The translations under genes and the position numbers were made by a program. DNA of 33,998 nt from Mariprofundus sp. Its GTDB lineage: Bacteria; Pseudomonadota; Zetaproteobacteria; Mariprofundales; Mariprofundaceae. The DNA lies in NCBI GenBank assembly GCA_021772845.1, contig JAJFLF010000038.1:1-33998 (forward strand), given 5' to 3'. Below, one piece after another: positions 1 through 10,993 of the stretch (position 1 is its first letter; every line of letters starts with the position of its first letter). The notes below the pieces were generated by a model. It saw nothing but the letters and a program-made list of their open reading frames with translations. It was not told the DNA's origin and made no database searches.

Positions 1-345
1 GGTGTAGCTATGCATGTTGCAGCTGCCAACCCACGCTTTATTGCACGCGCTAATGTGGATGCTGAATCTGTTGAACGTGAACGCGCAGTACTGTCTGAAC
101 GCGCTATTGCCAGCGGCAAGCCTGAAGCGATTGTTGATAAAATCGTTACCGGTCAGCTCAACAAGTTCTACTCAGACATCTGCTTGCTTGAGCAGGATTT
201 CGTGATGGATACAGACACAAAAGTTGGCAAAGCTCTAGGCAACGCCAATCTGGTGTCCATGTCCCGTTTCCAGCTTGGTGAAGGCATTGAGAAAAAAGAA
301 GAAGACTTCGCAGCTGAAGTTGCAGCTCAAATTCAAGGCAGCTAA
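1..345 (+). CDS. tsf: Elongation factor Ts, C-terminal part (5' truncated by window edge)
   Basis: Frame open from base 1; MHVAAANP, GKPEAIVDKIVTG, LLEQDFV and RFQLGEGIEKKEEDFAAEV are EF-Ts C-terminal motifs; directly upstream of pyrH. Confidence 0.97.
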   Translation, partial: GVAMHVAAANPRFIARANVDAESVERERAVLSERAIASGKPEAIVDKIVTGQLNKFYSDICLLEQDFVMDTDTKVGKALGNANLVSMSRFQLGEGIEKKEEDFAAEVAAQIQGS

Positions 346-351
346 AAGCTC

Positions 352-1095
352 ATGACTGAAGCTTCTGGCAATCATGTAGAGCAGCGCCCGTACAAACGGG
401 TGCTGCTCAAGCTTTCTGGTGAAGTATTGATGGGTGACACTGCATTTGGTGTTGATGTTGAAACAATTAATCGCCTGGCTAAAGAGCTCATTGAAGTCCA
501 GAACACAGGCATCGAATTAGCTCTTGTGATTGGCGGAGGCAATATTTTCCGCGGCATGAGTGGCACTGCATCCGGCATGGATCGGGCCAGTGCAGATTAT
601 ATGGGCATGCTGGCAACAGTCATGAATGCTATTGCATTGCAAGATGCCATTGAACGTCACGGAGCAACTGTTCGCGTGATTTCGGCACTGGCTATCAAAG
701 AAGTGGCTGAACCATACATTCGCCGTCGTGCAGTGCGCCACTTAGAAAAAGGTCGCATTCTTATCTTTGCAGCAGGCACAGGTAATCCATACTTCACAAC
801 AGATACAGCGGCCAGCTTACGCGCCATGGAAATTCAGGCAGACGCTGTGCTCAAGGGAACGAAAGTCGACGGTATCTACACATCCGATCCGGCCAAGAAT
901 CCCGATGCGAAAAAATATGACACACTCACATTCACAGAAGCATTAACCAATCGTTTGGGCGTGATGGATTCCACTGCTATGTCACTATGCAGAGACAATC
1001 ACATGCCGATTGTAGTATTTGATGTTACAAAACCTGGACAAATGTTACGTGCAGTATCAGGTGAATCAGTTGGCACACTGGTGCAGGAGGGGTAA
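352..1095 (+). CDS. pyrH: UMP kinase
   Basis: [34 protein letters not shown] motifs; tsf-pyrH-frr synteny. Confidence 0.98.
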   Translation: MTEASGNHVEQRPYKRVLLKLSGEVLMGDTAFGVDVETINRLAKELIEVQNTGIELALVIGGGNIFRGMSGTASGMDRASADYMGMLATVMNAIALQDAIERHGATVRVISALAIKEVAEPYIRRRAVRHLEKGRILIFAAGTGNPYFTTDTAASLRAMEIQADAVLKGTKVDGIYTSDPAKNPDAKKYDTLTFTEALTNRLGVMDSTAMSLCRDNHMPIVVFDVTKPGQMLRAVSGESVGTLVQEG

Positions 1096-1641
1096 ATGTC
1101 TACCGATTTACAAAGCAAAATGCAAAAGTCTATCGCAGCATTAAGATCAGAATTGGCCACCATTCGCACAGGTCGAGCTAATGCAGCACTGCTTGATCAT
1201 GTCAAAGTAAACTATTATGGCTCTGATGTACCAGTTTCCCAAATTGGTAACATCTCGGTTCCAGAACCGCGCATGTTGATGATTACACCATGGGAAAGAA
1301 CTATTTTAGGGGATCTTGAAAAAGCCATTCTAAAATCTGACCTTGGTTTAAACCCCTCTAATGATGGCGAGGTTGTGCGCATTATCTTGCCTGAACTGAC
1401 TGAAGACCGTCGTAAAGATCTGGTCAAACAGGTTAAAGCTGCCGGTGAAAAAACCAAGGTATCGCTTCGTAATGTCCGCCGCGATGCAAATGACGCCATT
1501 AAAAAACAGGTTAAAGATGACGGCCTGCCTGAAGATGAAGGTAAACGTCAGCAAGAGCAAATTCAGAAAATAACCGATAAGTTCGTTGCTGAAACCGATC
1601 AGGTCATCGAACATAAAGAAACCGATATTCTGACAGTCTGA
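1096..1641 (+). CDS. frr: Ribosome recycling factor
   Basis: IRTGRAN, LGLNPSNDG, PELTEDRRKDLVK motifs; AGGAGG RBS upstream. Confidence 0.98.
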   Translation: MSTDLQSKMQKSIAALRSELATIRTGRANAALLDHVKVNYYGSDVPVSQIGNISVPEPRMLMITPWERTILGDLEKAILKSDLGLNPSNDGEVVRIILPELTEDRRKDLVKQVKAAGEKTKVSLRNVRRDANDAIKKQVKDDGLPEDEGKRQQEQIQKITDKFVAETDQVIEHKETDILTV

Positions 1642-2393
1642 TGTCTCCAAGCTCAGAGGAGACCTCTTCCAGCCTGCCTCTTCACGTAGGCATTATCATG
1701 GACGGTAATGGGCGCTGGGCCAAAGCGCAGGGTAAAAACCGCTTGGAAGGACACAAAAAAGGTGCTGAAGTCGCCCGCGATGTTGTGCACTGGTCAAAAA
1801 ACCTAGGCATTAAACAGGTCTCGTTGTTCGCTTTTTCGACAGAAAACTGGCAGCGACCCAAGCTTGAAGTACGTGGCCTGATGAGTTTACTGGCGATTCT
1901 CATACCAAAAACGTTACCTGAAATGATGCATCTCAATGTGCGATTCCGAACCTTGGGCGACATTTCCCCCCTACCTAACAGTGCTAAAAAATCTGTTAAA
2001 CAAGCAGTTGAAGCAACCAAAAACAATTCAGGTATCGACCTTATCCTGTGCCTGAACTATGGAGGCCAGCAAGAAATCCTTAGCGCAGCTAAAAATGCAC
2101 TGCGGCATGCGCTGCTTCAAGATAACCCCGAACAGGCAATGGAAGAACTAAATCCAACTACGTTTCGTGAGCTCATGTGGTGTGATGACATTGCTCCACT
2201 GGACCTGCTCATCCGCACAGGAGGGGAAAAGAGAATTTCTAATTTTCACCTCTGGGATGCGGCCTATGCTGAACTATATTTCACCGATGTACTGTGGCCG
2301 GACTATTCACAGGAGCACTTAGAATTGGCACTGGAAGATTTTAAGGCACGCGAGCGCCGCTATGGACTAACCAGCGAACAGGTACAATCATGA
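1641..2393 (+). CDS. uppS: Undecaprenyl diphosphate synthase (isoprenyl transferase)
   Basis: HVGIIMDGNGRWA, FAFSTENWQRP, DLLIRTGGEKRISNF; TGATG overlap with frr stop. Confidence 0.97.
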   Translation: MSPSSEETSSSLPLHVGIIMDGNGRWAKAQGKNRLEGHKKGAEVARDVVHWSKNLGIKQVSLFAFSTENWQRPKLEVRGLMSLLAILIPKTLPEMMHLNVRFRTLGDISPLPNSAKKSVKQAVEATKNNSGIDLILCLNYGGQQEILSAAKNALRHALLQDNPEQAMEELNPTTFRELMWCDDIAPLDLLIRTGGEKRISNFHLWDAAYAELYFTDVLWPDYSQEHLELALEDFKARERRYGLTSEQVQS

Positions 2394-3166
2394 ACGAATT
2401 ATCTAAACGCATCATCACTGCAATCATTCTTCTGCTTGTAGTTTGGGCCTGGTATTTCAACCTCGCATCACCATGGTTTGAACGCGGACTGGCTTTCTTT
2501 GGCTGGTTAACCACATGCGAACTCATCCTGCTTGTGAAATTACGTCGCCCATGGTTCTACATGGGTACCGCTTTCTTAGCGTGGTCGGCATTCTGTTTCT
2601 CTGCAGACCTACAGCCACTGCTGCTAATCATATTCATCTGGTTCGCATATTTTGTGTATGACTCGCGCAAAAGCCAAGCCGCATTTGATCATTTCTTTAC
2701 CGCCATCTGGATGCTTGGCTGGCTGTTTGCTTTTGCATTGGCTATTGCAGATACGCATCTGAGCAAGACAGGGCAGGGATTAATTATCGGCACATGCCTA
2801 GCTGTATGGATTTCCGATTCAGCAGCCTATTTTGTTGGCCGCGCCTGGGGTAAACACAAATTATGCCCTGCCGTTAGTCCTGGGAAATCCGTTGAAGGTG
2901 CAATAGGTGGTCTCATCTTTGGTGTTCCTGCCGCAGCGGCCTACTGGGTCTATTGTGATGTACTACCTCTGTTATCTGCGCTGTTATTGGCAATAGTAAC
3001 GGTTATTGCAGGCATGCTTGGGGATCTATCCGAGTCCTCTGCAAAACGTATTGTAGGTGCTAAAGATAGTGGACGCTGGCTGCCTGGGCACGGGGGCATT
3101 CTTGATCGCACGGATGCAATGCTGATGGCTGTGCCGGTAACGTGGATATTGTGGGGACTGCTTTAA
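2390..3166 (+). CDS. cdsA: Phosphatidate cytidylyltransferase
   Basis: Multi-TM protein; SPGKSVEG and GDLSESSAKRIVGAKDSGRWLPGHGGILDRTD signature. Confidence 0.96.
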   Translation: MNELSKRIITAIILLLVVWAWYFNLASPWFERGLAFFGWLTTCELILLVKLRRPWFYMGTAFLAWSAFCFSADLQPLLLIIFIWFAYFVYDSRKSQAAFDHFFTAIWMLGWLFAFALAIADTHLSKTGQGLIIGTCLAVWISDSAAYFVGRAWGKHKLCPAVSPGKSVEGAIGGLIFGVPAAAAYWVYCDVLPLLSALLLAIVTVIAGMLGDLSESSAKRIVGAKDSGRWLPGHGGILDRTDAMLMAVPVTWILWGLL

Positions 3167-4335
3167 TGGCGAGAGACCACATGCAAGCTACGCGCATGAC
3201 TGTTTTAGGCGCTACAGGCTCCATTGGATGTAGCACCGCCGATGTGATGCTTCAGCACCCGGACAAATTTTCTGCTTTTGCCCTCGTAGGCCACCGCAAT
3301 GCAGATAAAATGCTTGAATTAGCCTCTTCACTTCGACCCCAATGGGTTGTCATGACTGATGCTGATGCAGCCAAACAATTACTAGGAAGATTACCCACTG
3401 GTGTACGTTTAGAATCAGGTATGGATGCAGCAATCGAGCTCTCCTCTGCTACGGAAACAGATATGGTGATGGCAGCCATGGTTGGATCCGCCGGCCTGCC
3501 AGCCACATTGGCCGCCGTGCAGGCAGGTAAACGTGTTGGTTTGGCCAACAAAGAGTGTCTGGTGACTGCCGGACAAATATTCATGTCTGAAGCCAGGAAA
3601 GCTGGAGCCGAGGTGGTGCCTGTAGATTCAGAACATGCGGCAATACATCAATGCCTGGTTGGCCATGATCACGCCTCCATATCACAAGTCATCCTGACTG
3701 CATCCGGTGGCCCGTTTCGCGATCGAGATCCAGCCACATTGCACGCGGTAACTCCAGAAGAAGCCATTGCCCACCCCAACTGGGATATGGGCGCAAAGAT
3801 CAGTGTTGATTCAGCGACCATGATGAATAAAGCACTTGAGCTCATCGAAGCGAGATGGTTATTTAATATCGAACCGAGCAAGTTATCCGCCATCATTCAC
3901 CCGGAAAGCATAGTACACGGCATGATTGAATACAGTGATGGTTCTGTGCTGGCTCAACTTGCCATGCCAGATATGCGCATGCCCATTGCCTATGCAATGC
4001 AAGCTCAACCAAGACTTACAACTGGCATACCATGGTTAGATTTGGCTAAAACCGGTCAGCTAAACTTTCAGGCCGTAGACAAAGTACGCTTTCCTGCCAT
4101 GCGCCTGGTGCAAGATGTATTACAAGGTGAAGATGCACTGGCTATCACGTTGAATGCAGCCAATGAAGTTGCAAATGCAGCATTCAGAAACAGAGACATT
4201 GGTTTCATGGATATTGTAACGACTGTCGAAAAGGCGCTCCAACAGGTGGACAATACCCCCGTAGAAACACTGGATGATGTATGGTCACATGATGCCCATG
4301 CCCGAGCAATCGCAGTGGAAGTAATGAATGCTTAA
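3166..4335 (+). CDS. dxr: 1-deoxy-D-xylulose-5-phosphate reductoisomerase (MEP pathway)
   Basis: LGATGSIG, LANKE, PVDSEH, LTASGGPF, HPNWDMGAKISVDSATMMNK; start placed at the TAATG overlap with the cdsA stop (alternative ATG at 3181). Confidence 0.97.
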   Translation: MARDHMQATRMTVLGATGSIGCSTADVMLQHPDKFSAFALVGHRNADKMLELASSLRPQWVVMTDADAAKQLLGRLPTGVRLESGMDAAIELSSATETDMVMAAMVGSAGLPATLAAVQAGKRVGLANKECLVTAGQIFMSEARKAGAEVVPVDSEHAAIHQCLVGHDHASISQVILTASGGPFRDRDPATLHAVTPEEAIAHPNWDMGAKISVDSATMMNKALELIEARWLFNIEPSKLSAIIHPESIVHGMIEYSDGSVLAQLAMPDMRMPIAYAMQAQPRLTTGIPWLDLAKTGQLNFQAVDKVRFPAMRLVQDVLQGEDALAITLNAANEVANAAFRNRDIGFMDIVTTVEKALQQVDNTPVETLDDVWSHDAHARAIAVEVMNA

Positions 4336-4356
4336 AGCATTGGAGCGTAATCCATC

Positions 4357-5715
4357 ATGATTGAAATTTTACACACATCTCTCGCCTTTATCTTTGCAAT
4401 TGCGTTGCTGATTGCAGTGCATGAATACGGGCATTATTCGATGGCCCGCAGACTTGGCATTAAAGTAGAGAAGTTCTCTATCGGCTTTGGCCCCGCACTG
4501 TTCTCATGGCGCAGCAAAGATAAAGAAGTGCAATATATTATTGCAGCCATCCCACTGGGTGGTTATGTCAAAATGCTTGGAGAAAACCCGGATGAACAGG
4601 GGGAAGGTCTACAAGCAGAGCTATCTGAACAGGATAAAGCCAGAGCTTTTAACAATCAGCCCGTTTGGAAACGTGCTGCAGTAGCAGTTGCAGGGCCTGC
4701 CTATAACTTTCTGTTCGCCATCATCGCCTATATGATCATTGGCTGGCTTGGCCAGGCTGTATTGCCAACCATTGTCGGCCAGGTCAGCCAGGCATCCATT
4801 GCTGAACAATCTGGTTTGCGTATTGCTGACCGCATTGTATCGGTCGATGATCAACTGGTTCATTCATGGCAACAGATGGAAGAGAAGCTCAAGCAGAAGG
4901 TTGGTACATCAACGACACTGCAGGTAATGCGTGACGAGAGTACAATTGAATTGAATCTAGAGCTTCCAGTTCAAGACAAAGACCCTCTGCTCATAGACGT
5001 AGCTGATCAAGTTCTAGGCTTTAATCCCGGATTAATTGTACGTATTGAAAGTGTCCTTGAGGGATCCGCAGCTCAAAGCGGTGGTTTGCAAAAAGGCGAC
5101 ATCATTCAACAAATCAACGGCTGGCCAGTCTCCAACATGTCGCAGTTGATCGAGAAAATCAAAGCCCAACCTGAGCACGCTGCAAGCTTGACCGTACAGC
5201 GGGAATACACCCTCATGCAACTGCAAGTAACCCCTGCTATTGATCAAAATGGACAAGGTCGATTAGGTGTTAAACTGGCCTCACAAGCAATTCATGGCAC
5301 TGAAATGTACCGCATGAACGTATGGGATGGCCTCACATACGGCTTCACTCGCACCTGGGAGATGACCGCATTAACATTGAATGTATTTGGTAAAATGGTG
5401 ACATCCGCCATCTCTCCCGATAATCTCGGTGGCCCTATCGCAATTGCACAATTGGCAGGTAAAACTGCTGAGATGGGACTAGTTTATTTTATCGGTTTCC
5501 TGGCCTTAATTTCAGTAAACCTCGGGGTATTGAATCTGCTGCCTATTCCTATACTCGATGGTGGCCTGCTGCTTTACCTTGCACTGGAAAAAATAACTGG
5601 AAAACCATTGCAGCCGAAAGTTTTGGAAATAACCCAAATAATGGGATTAATTCTAATCATAAGCTTGATGGTATTTGCATTTTATAATGATATTTCACGG
5701 CTCTTTAGAGGATAA
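4357..5715 (+). CDS. rseP: RIP metalloprotease RseP with two PDZ domains
   Basis: HEYGH zinc motif, FSIGFGP, PLGGYVKM, NLLPIPILDGG. Confidence 0.97.
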   Translation: MIEILHTSLAFIFAIALLIAVHEYGHYSMARRLGIKVEKFSIGFGPALFSWRSKDKEVQYIIAAIPLGGYVKMLGENPDEQGEGLQAELSEQDKARAFNNQPVWKRAAVAVAGPAYNFLFAIIAYMIIGWLGQAVLPTIVGQVSQASIAEQSGLRIADRIVSVDDQLVHSWQQMEEKLKQKVGTSTTLQVMRDESTIELNLELPVQDKDPLLIDVADQVLGFNPGLIVRIESVLEGSAAQSGGLQKGDIIQQINGWPVSNMSQLIEKIKAQPEHAASLTVQREYTLMQLQVTPAIDQNGQGRLGVKLASQAIHGTEMYRMNVWDGLTYGFTRTWEMTALTLNVFGKMVTSAISPDNLGGPIAIAQLAGKTAEMGLVYFIGFLALISVNLGVLNLLPIPILDGGLLLYLALEKITGKPLQPKVLEITQIMGLILIISLMVFAFYNDISRLFRG

Positions 5716-5716
5716 T

Positions 5717-8059
5717 ATGACAAGCTTAATCAAATGGCTGCTAATCCATGTAATGTTCATGATTACTCTATTCTGCGGGCAAATTCCTTCCAGCGTTGCT
5801 GCTGAAACAGCTGCGAAACAACCTATAATTCTTTCTATTGATGTGGAGGGTAATCGTTTTCTGGAACGTGATGCCGTTCTAGTAAAGCTAAAAACTAAAA
5901 TTGGTCAACCACTTGATCGCCGTCTACTTAGTCGTGATGTGAGACGTTTGTATAATGCAGGATTCTTTTCTGACATTCGTTTTGTTGGCACCAGAACACT
6001 TCAGGGCATTAAACTGGTCTGCCATGTAAAAGAGTTCCCCCTGATTGCCAGTCTCAACATTGAAGGCAATGATGAACATCGAACCAAAGACCTTCAGCTC
6101 AGAATGAGGCTCAAACCCGGGCGTGTTTTCAACCCAATGAACCGCAACAAAGATCTCAACACTTTACTTAAAGGCTACCTGAAAGATGGATTTTATCAGG
6201 TAAAAGTTGATTTTATCCCCACCGAACGCAAGGACGGAAGAATTGATCTACTGGTCCGCATTCATGAAGGCAATGTCACACGCATCAATCGCATTCATAT
6301 CATTGGTAACAAAGCCTTCAGTGACTCCACGCTACATGGTCAGCTCGCATCCCAACAGATTGATTTACTATCATCATTTGGCAGCAGAGCAGTGTTTGAC
6401 CAAAAAAGATTTGGTGCTGATGGGCAAATGTTACAACAGTATTATATGAACAATGGTTACATGGATATAAAAATTGAGTCTCAACAGATTACCATCGCTG
6501 AAGACAATAAAACCTTTTCACTTACATTTAGCCTGCATGAGGGGCATCCCTACAAAGTAAGTACTACTGACATACAGGGAGACTTTGTCCCTGATGAACA
6601 AACATTGAAAGATCTGATTGAGCTTGAAGCAGGTAATACATACTCGCTCTTCGATATGCAAAACACCATCGCAGCCATGACCGAACGTATTGGAGATGAG
6701 GGGTATGCTTTTGCAACTGTCACCCCATTATTAAATCGCAACATCGATGACCATACAGTTTCAGTTGTGTTTGATATTGAAAAAGGTAAAGAGGTCTACA
6801 TCGAACGCATAGAAATTACCGGCAATGAAAAGTCAGATGATATTGTTGCACGACGATTAATCACCCAGGACGAAGGCGCGCGTTACTCTGGCTCGCAAAT
6901 AAAAACCTCTAGAGAAGCATTGGGACGTGCAGCTTTTGTTGAAGACCTGCGTATCTCTCTACCCAAAGGATCGGCTAGTGATAAAGTAAACCTGAAGGTA
7001 GATATCACTGAAAAGAGAACCGGATCAATATCAGGCGGTATAGGATTCTCCCAACGAGAAAAAATTATTTTGACTGCAAAACTTTCAGAATCCAACATGT
7101 TTGGAAAAGGATACCAAGCAAGCCTGAATGGCAGCTATGGCCGGGTAACGCAAGACATTAATGCAAGCTTCACTGACCCGTACTTTTTAAACACCAATAT
7201 CAGCGCTACTGTTAGTGGGTTTAAGAAAAAAACTGACCCTCTTAATACCATCACCTATCAAACAGATTCCGTCGGCGCTGCTCTTGGTTTCGGAATCCCT
7301 ATCACACATTACCTCTCCTACGGCATCAGCTATAGGATCAACACCACCAATTTAACCGGTGCTCCAGTCAATGCGTCCCTGATGACTCAGGCACAACTTG
7401 GTAAACAGACGATTGGTGAATTAATCCAATCGCTAAGCTATGACTCAAGAGACCGACTGATGGGAGCAAGAAGTGGTCATTTTGAAGCGATAAGCTTTGG
7501 ATTCTCAGGCCTTGGAGGGCAAACTAAATTCTGGGAAACATCTATTTCAAGCCAAGCCTATTTTTCCTTCGATGAAGAGAAGCTGTACACATTTAACCCC
7601 TCTTTCTCAGCGTCAACGGTTAAAGCATATTCAAAGTCAAACATCCCGCTCTGGCGACGTTATTCAATGGGGGGGCTTGGAAGCATGCGAGGTTTTGACG
7701 CAACCGGCATTAGCTTACGTGACCCTGCCACGCAAGAGGCTGTGGGGGCTGATAACCAGGCTAGAGCATCAGCCAATTTCTTTTTCCCAATACCTTTGAT
7801 GAAAGATGTAGCTGGTGTGCGTGGAGCGCTCTTTGTCGATGCTGGCACGGTTTGGGGATCTGTTTCTACAACTGTTGGAATTACCACCCTGAATATCAGT
7901 CAACCATTCTCTTTATCCCGCATCCGTTATTCGGCAGGGTTCGGTATTGAATGGATTTCACCAGTTGGTCCCGTTGGTTTAGTCTGGTCATTCCCGATAA
8001 AAACCGTACCCGGTGATATTGAAAGAACATTTGAATTTGCTTTAGGCTCATCATTTTAA
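5717..8059 (+). CDS. bamA: Outer membrane protein assembly factor BamA
   Basis: POTRA repeats (IxGN motifs), MRGF loop-6 motif, C-terminal beta-signal FEFALGSSF; start moved to ATG 5717 after AGAGGA RBS. Confidence 0.97.
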   Translation: MTSLIKWLLIHVMFMITLFCGQIPSSVAAETAAKQPIILSIDVEGNRFLERDAVLVKLKTKIGQPLDRRLLSRDVRRLYNAGFFSDIRFVGTRTLQGIKLVCHVKEFPLIASLNIEGNDEHRTKDLQLRMRLKPGRVFNPMNRNKDLNTLLKGYLKDGFYQVKVDFIPTERKDGRIDLLVRIHEGNVTRINRIHIIGNKAFSDSTLHGQLASQQIDLLSSFGSRAVFDQKRFGADGQMLQQYYMNNGYMDIKIESQQITIAEDNKTFSLTFSLHEGHPYKVSTTDIQGDFVPDEQTLKDLIELEAGNTYSLFDMQNTIAAMTERIGDEGYAFATVTPLLNRNIDDHTVSVVFDIEKGKEVYIERIEITGNEKSDDIVARRLITQDEGARYSGSQIKTSREALGRAAFVEDLRISLPKGSASDKVNLKVDITEKRTGSISGGIGFSQREKIILTAKLSESNMFGKGYQASLNGSYGRVTQDINASFTDPYFLNTNISATVSGFKKKTDPLNTITYQTDSVGAALGFGIPITHYLSYGISYRINTTNLTGAPVNASLMTQAQLGKQTIGELIQSLSYDSRDRLMGARSGHFEAISFGFSGLGGQTKFWETSISSQAYFSFDEEKLYTFNPSFSASTVKAYSKSNIPLWRRYSMGGLGSMRGFDATGISLRDPATQEAVGADNQARASANFFFPIPLMKDVAGVRGALFVDAGTVWGSVSTTVGITTLNISQPFSLSRIRYSAGFGIEWISPVGPVGLVWSFPIKTVPGDIERTFEFALGSSF

Positions 8060-8161
8060 ACTGAAAAGACACAGATCTATATATAGAAAGTTTTTAATTT
8101 GATGGTTTTTATGTTCAAATGCATCGCGTTTTATTGCGAAGGAAAAACTAAGGAGTAAATC

Positions 8162-8680
8162 ATGCTTAAAAAGTTGAAAATTCCAGCCCTTGCGGCATCA
8201 GTTGCGATTTTGAGTACGCTCGGTGCTATCTCTGTTCAGGCGGCTGAATTGAAAGTTGGCTACATTGATATCAAAACAGCTTTGGAAAATACAGCTGAAT
8301 ATCAGAGTGGCATGAAACGTTTACAAGCATTAAGCAATAACAAACTTAAAGCACTCAAATCTTTAAAAGCTGAAATTGATGCCGCTGAAAAAGATCTAAT
8401 GAGCCAATCTCTGGCGATGTCACAAGAACATCTGGCTCAGAAGCAGCAGAATTTGAAAGAGATGGGGAAAAAATTCCAACGTATGCAGCAAGATGCTCAG
8501 GAAGAGCTTGGTGCTGAGAAAAACCGCATGGATATTGCCAGCATGGCAAAATTTCAAAAAGTCATCACTACATATGCCAAAAAGAACAAATTTGATATGA
8601 TTATTCCACGTCCTGTTTTCCTCTACATCAACCCAAAACTTGATGTGACCGGTGATATTACCAAGCTACTCGACAAATAA
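8162..8680 (+). CDS. skp: Periplasmic chaperone Skp/OmpH
   Basis: Signal peptide (VQA-AE), KVGYID, long coiled coil, DVTGDITKLL; AAGGAG RBS; position between bamA and lpxD. Confidence 0.92.
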   Translation: MLKKLKIPALAASVAILSTLGAISVQAAELKVGYIDIKTALENTAEYQSGMKRLQALSNNKLKALKSLKAEIDAAEKDLMSQSLAMSQEHLAQKQQNLKEMGKKFQRMQQDAQEELGAEKNRMDIASMAKFQKVITTYAKKNKFDMIIPRPVFLYINPKLDVTGDITKLLDK

Positions 8681-8694
8681 TACAAACTACTCCA

Positions 8695-9714
8695 TTGCCG
8701 AAAACATTATCACTTGCTGAAGTTGCTGATCTCATCAATGGTCAGTTGGACGGCCAAGTAGAGGATATAAAACACATCCAGGTAACCGGAATCAACACAC
8801 TAAATGATTCTGGCAAAAATGAGATTTCCTTTCTTTCTAATAAGCGTTACCTGAAAGATTTAACATCAAGCAAGGCCGCAGCTATTCTGGTAGCAGATAA
8901 CGCCAAGGTTGATGAACACTTGTGTGTTATTCGCGTTAAAGACCCCTATCTTTCTTTTGCATGTTTACAGCGTTTCTTTCACCCTGATCTCACTGCAAGC
9001 GGTAAACGCCATGCTTCAGCTGTCATTGATGATTCTGCTATACTGGCTGATGATGTTGATGTAGCAGCAGGTGTTATCATTGATGCCCATAGCCGAATCG
9101 GAAAAGGCACTCGTGTCGGCGCTGGTTGCGTCATTGGCGAAAATGTACAGATCGGAACTGACTGTCTATTACATCCCAAATCAGTGATTGCCGATCATTG
9201 TATACTTGGCAATGAAGTAATCCTGCAATCTGGTGCCATCATCGGTTCCGATGGTTTTGGATATGCCTGGAGCGGCACGCAACATCTGAAAATCCCACAA
9301 GTCGGCCGGGTTATTCTCGAAGATGATGTGGAGATCGGAGCCAACACCTGCATTGATCGCGGTGCTATTGGAGATACCGTGATTGAACGTGGTGTTAAAC
9401 TCGATAACCAGATCCAGATTGCCCATAACGTTCGCATTGGTGCATATAGTATTATGGCTGGCCAAGTCGGTATCGCTGGATCAACCCAAATTGGTTCTGG
9501 GTGCCAGTTCGGTGGACAAGCTGCAATTGCAGGACATATCAATATTGGTGCCGGCGTTAAACTGGCTGCCAAAAGTGGTGTCATGTCTGATTTAGAAGCG
9601 GGAGGCATTTATGCAGGCTCACCAGCTATGCCGCACCGTTTATGGCTCAAAGTATCTGCCCTGACTACCAAGTTACCTGAAATTTGGAAAGCTCAGCGCG
9701 CAACAAAAAACTGA
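8695..9714 (+). CDS. lpxD: UDP-3-O-acylglucosamine N-acyltransferase
   Basis: Hexapeptide repeats, IGSDGFGY, KIPQVGRV, EIGANTCIDRG, KLDNQIQIAHN; TTG start. Confidence 0.97.
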   Translation: MPKTLSLAEVADLINGQLDGQVEDIKHIQVTGINTLNDSGKNEISFLSNKRYLKDLTSSKAAAILVADNAKVDEHLCVIRVKDPYLSFACLQRFFHPDLTASGKRHASAVIDDSAILADDVDVAAGVIIDAHSRIGKGTRVGAGCVIGENVQIGTDCLLHPKSVIADHCILGNEVILQSGAIIGSDGFGYAWSGTQHLKIPQVGRVILEDDVEIGANTCIDRGAIGDTVIERGVKLDNQIQIAHNVRIGAYSIMAGQVGIAGSTQIGSGCQFGGQAAIAGHINIGAGVKLAAKSGVMSDLEAGGIYAGSPAMPHRLWLKVSALTTKLPEIWKAQRATKN

Positions 9715-9738
9715 TAAAACAGTTTATGGAGTAACAAC

Positions 9739-10185
9739 ATGCCCGAATTAATGATCAATGATATTATGAAGCGTTTACCGCATCGTTACCCCTTCTTGCT
9801 GATTGATAGAATTCTTGATGTCGAAAAAGATAAAACTATTCGTGCCTTGAAAAACGTCAGTATCAATGAACCTCAATTTACAGGTCATTTCCCTAACCAT
9901 CCTGTCATGCCAGGGGTTTTACTGGTCGAAGCGATGGCACAGGCCGGTGGCATGCTTGCCTTTCAATCGGTGGAAGATGATCGTGATTATCTGGTCTACT
10001 TTACCGGTATTGACGGTGTACGCTTCCGCAAACCTGTTGTACCTGGTGATCAGGTTATTTTTGAACTGACATGTTTACGCCGTCGCGGATTTTTGTGGAA
10101 ACTGCGTGGTGAGGCATTTGTTGACGGCAAACTCGTTTGTGAAGGCACCCTTACGGCAACACTGGTGCCACAAGACGAAACATGA
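9739..10185 (+). CDS. fabZ: 3-hydroxyacyl-ACP dehydratase
   Basis: LPHRYPFLLID, FTGHFP, PVMPGVLLVEAMAQ, FRKPVVPGD. Confidence 0.98.
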   Translation: MPELMINDIMKRLPHRYPFLLIDRILDVEKDKTIRALKNVSINEPQFTGHFPNHPVMPGVLLVEAMAQAGGMLAFQSVEDDRDYLVYFTGIDGVRFRKPVVPGDQVIFELTCLRRRGFLWKLRGEAFVDGKLVCEGTLTATLVPQDET

Positions 10186-10985
10186 GCGCTATGATTCATC
10201 CAACTGCTATTATTGATGCAAAGGCTGAACTTGGCACTGATGTATCTATCGGACCTTTCTGTGTCGTTGGAGCCGATGTAAAAATAGGTGACAACTGTGA
10301 ATTGCTATCGCATGTCGTACTGACCGGGCATACAAGCATGGGAGCCGGAAACCGCATATTCCCGTTCACTTCGATTGGCCAGATTCCGCAGGATCTGAAA
10401 TATCACGGTGAACCTTCTGAAGTCATCATTGGTGATAATAATCAAATCCGTGAAAATGCTACCATCAATGCCGGCACAGAGGGTGGCGGCATGGTAACAA
10501 AGATTGGCAGCGGCAATCTGCTCATGGCTTATACGCATGTCGCACATGACTGCCTGTTGGGTAACAACATCGTACTGGCCAATTGCTCAACACTGGCTGG
10601 CCACGTTGAAGTTGATGATCAAGCCATTATTGGAGGGCTGTCTGCTATTCAACAGTTCGTTCGCATCGGTAAACTTGCCATGATCGGAGGTATGTCCGGT
10701 GTCACCAAGGATGTCCCCCCCTACTGCCTGTTAGCTGGCGGTTACCGCTCTGGGCTAAGCGGCTTAAATATCGTTGGCCTGAAACGTAAAGGCTATAACC
10801 TGAAGCAGGTAGGCCAACTGAAAGAAGTGTATCGTCTGCTATTACAAGAAAAGGGAAAGCGAGACGAACGTCTTACTCAGGCAGAAGCACTGTTGGATGA
10901 TAATGATGAAGTTGGACATGATCTGGTCGCTTTTGTTCGCTCCGCGCAACGTGGCCTTACAACCCATGGCCGCGACTCAGAATAA
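10182..10985 (+). CDS. lpxA: UDP-N-acetylglucosamine O-acyltransferase
   Basis: IHPTAII, PQDLKY, HVAHDC, LAGHV, GLNIVGLKR. Confidence 0.97.
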   Translation: MSAMIHPTAIIDAKAELGTDVSIGPFCVVGADVKIGDNCELLSHVVLTGHTSMGAGNRIFPFTSIGQIPQDLKYHGEPSEVIIGDNNQIRENATINAGTEGGGMVTKIGSGNLLMAYTHVAHDCLLGNNIVLANCSTLAGHVEVDDQAIIGGLSAIQQFVRIGKLAMIGGMSGVTKDVPPYCLLAGGYRSGLSGLNIVGLKRKGYNLKQVGQLKEVYRLLLQEKGKRDERLTQAEALLDDNDEVGHDLVAFVRSAQRGLTTHGRDSE

Positions 10986-10993
10986 CTACGCAG

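Noticed and set aside
5675-5716. Extended TTG start of bamA
   Set aside because: Overlaps rseP; ATG 5717 has an RBS and begins a signal peptide
8076-8087. Palindrome TCTATATATAGA between bamA and skp
   Set aside because: Short and AT-rich; no convincing terminator or sigma-E match
8695-10985. Repetitive sequence in lpxD and lpxA
   Set aside because: Ordinary hexapeptide repeats of left-handed beta-helix acyltransferases
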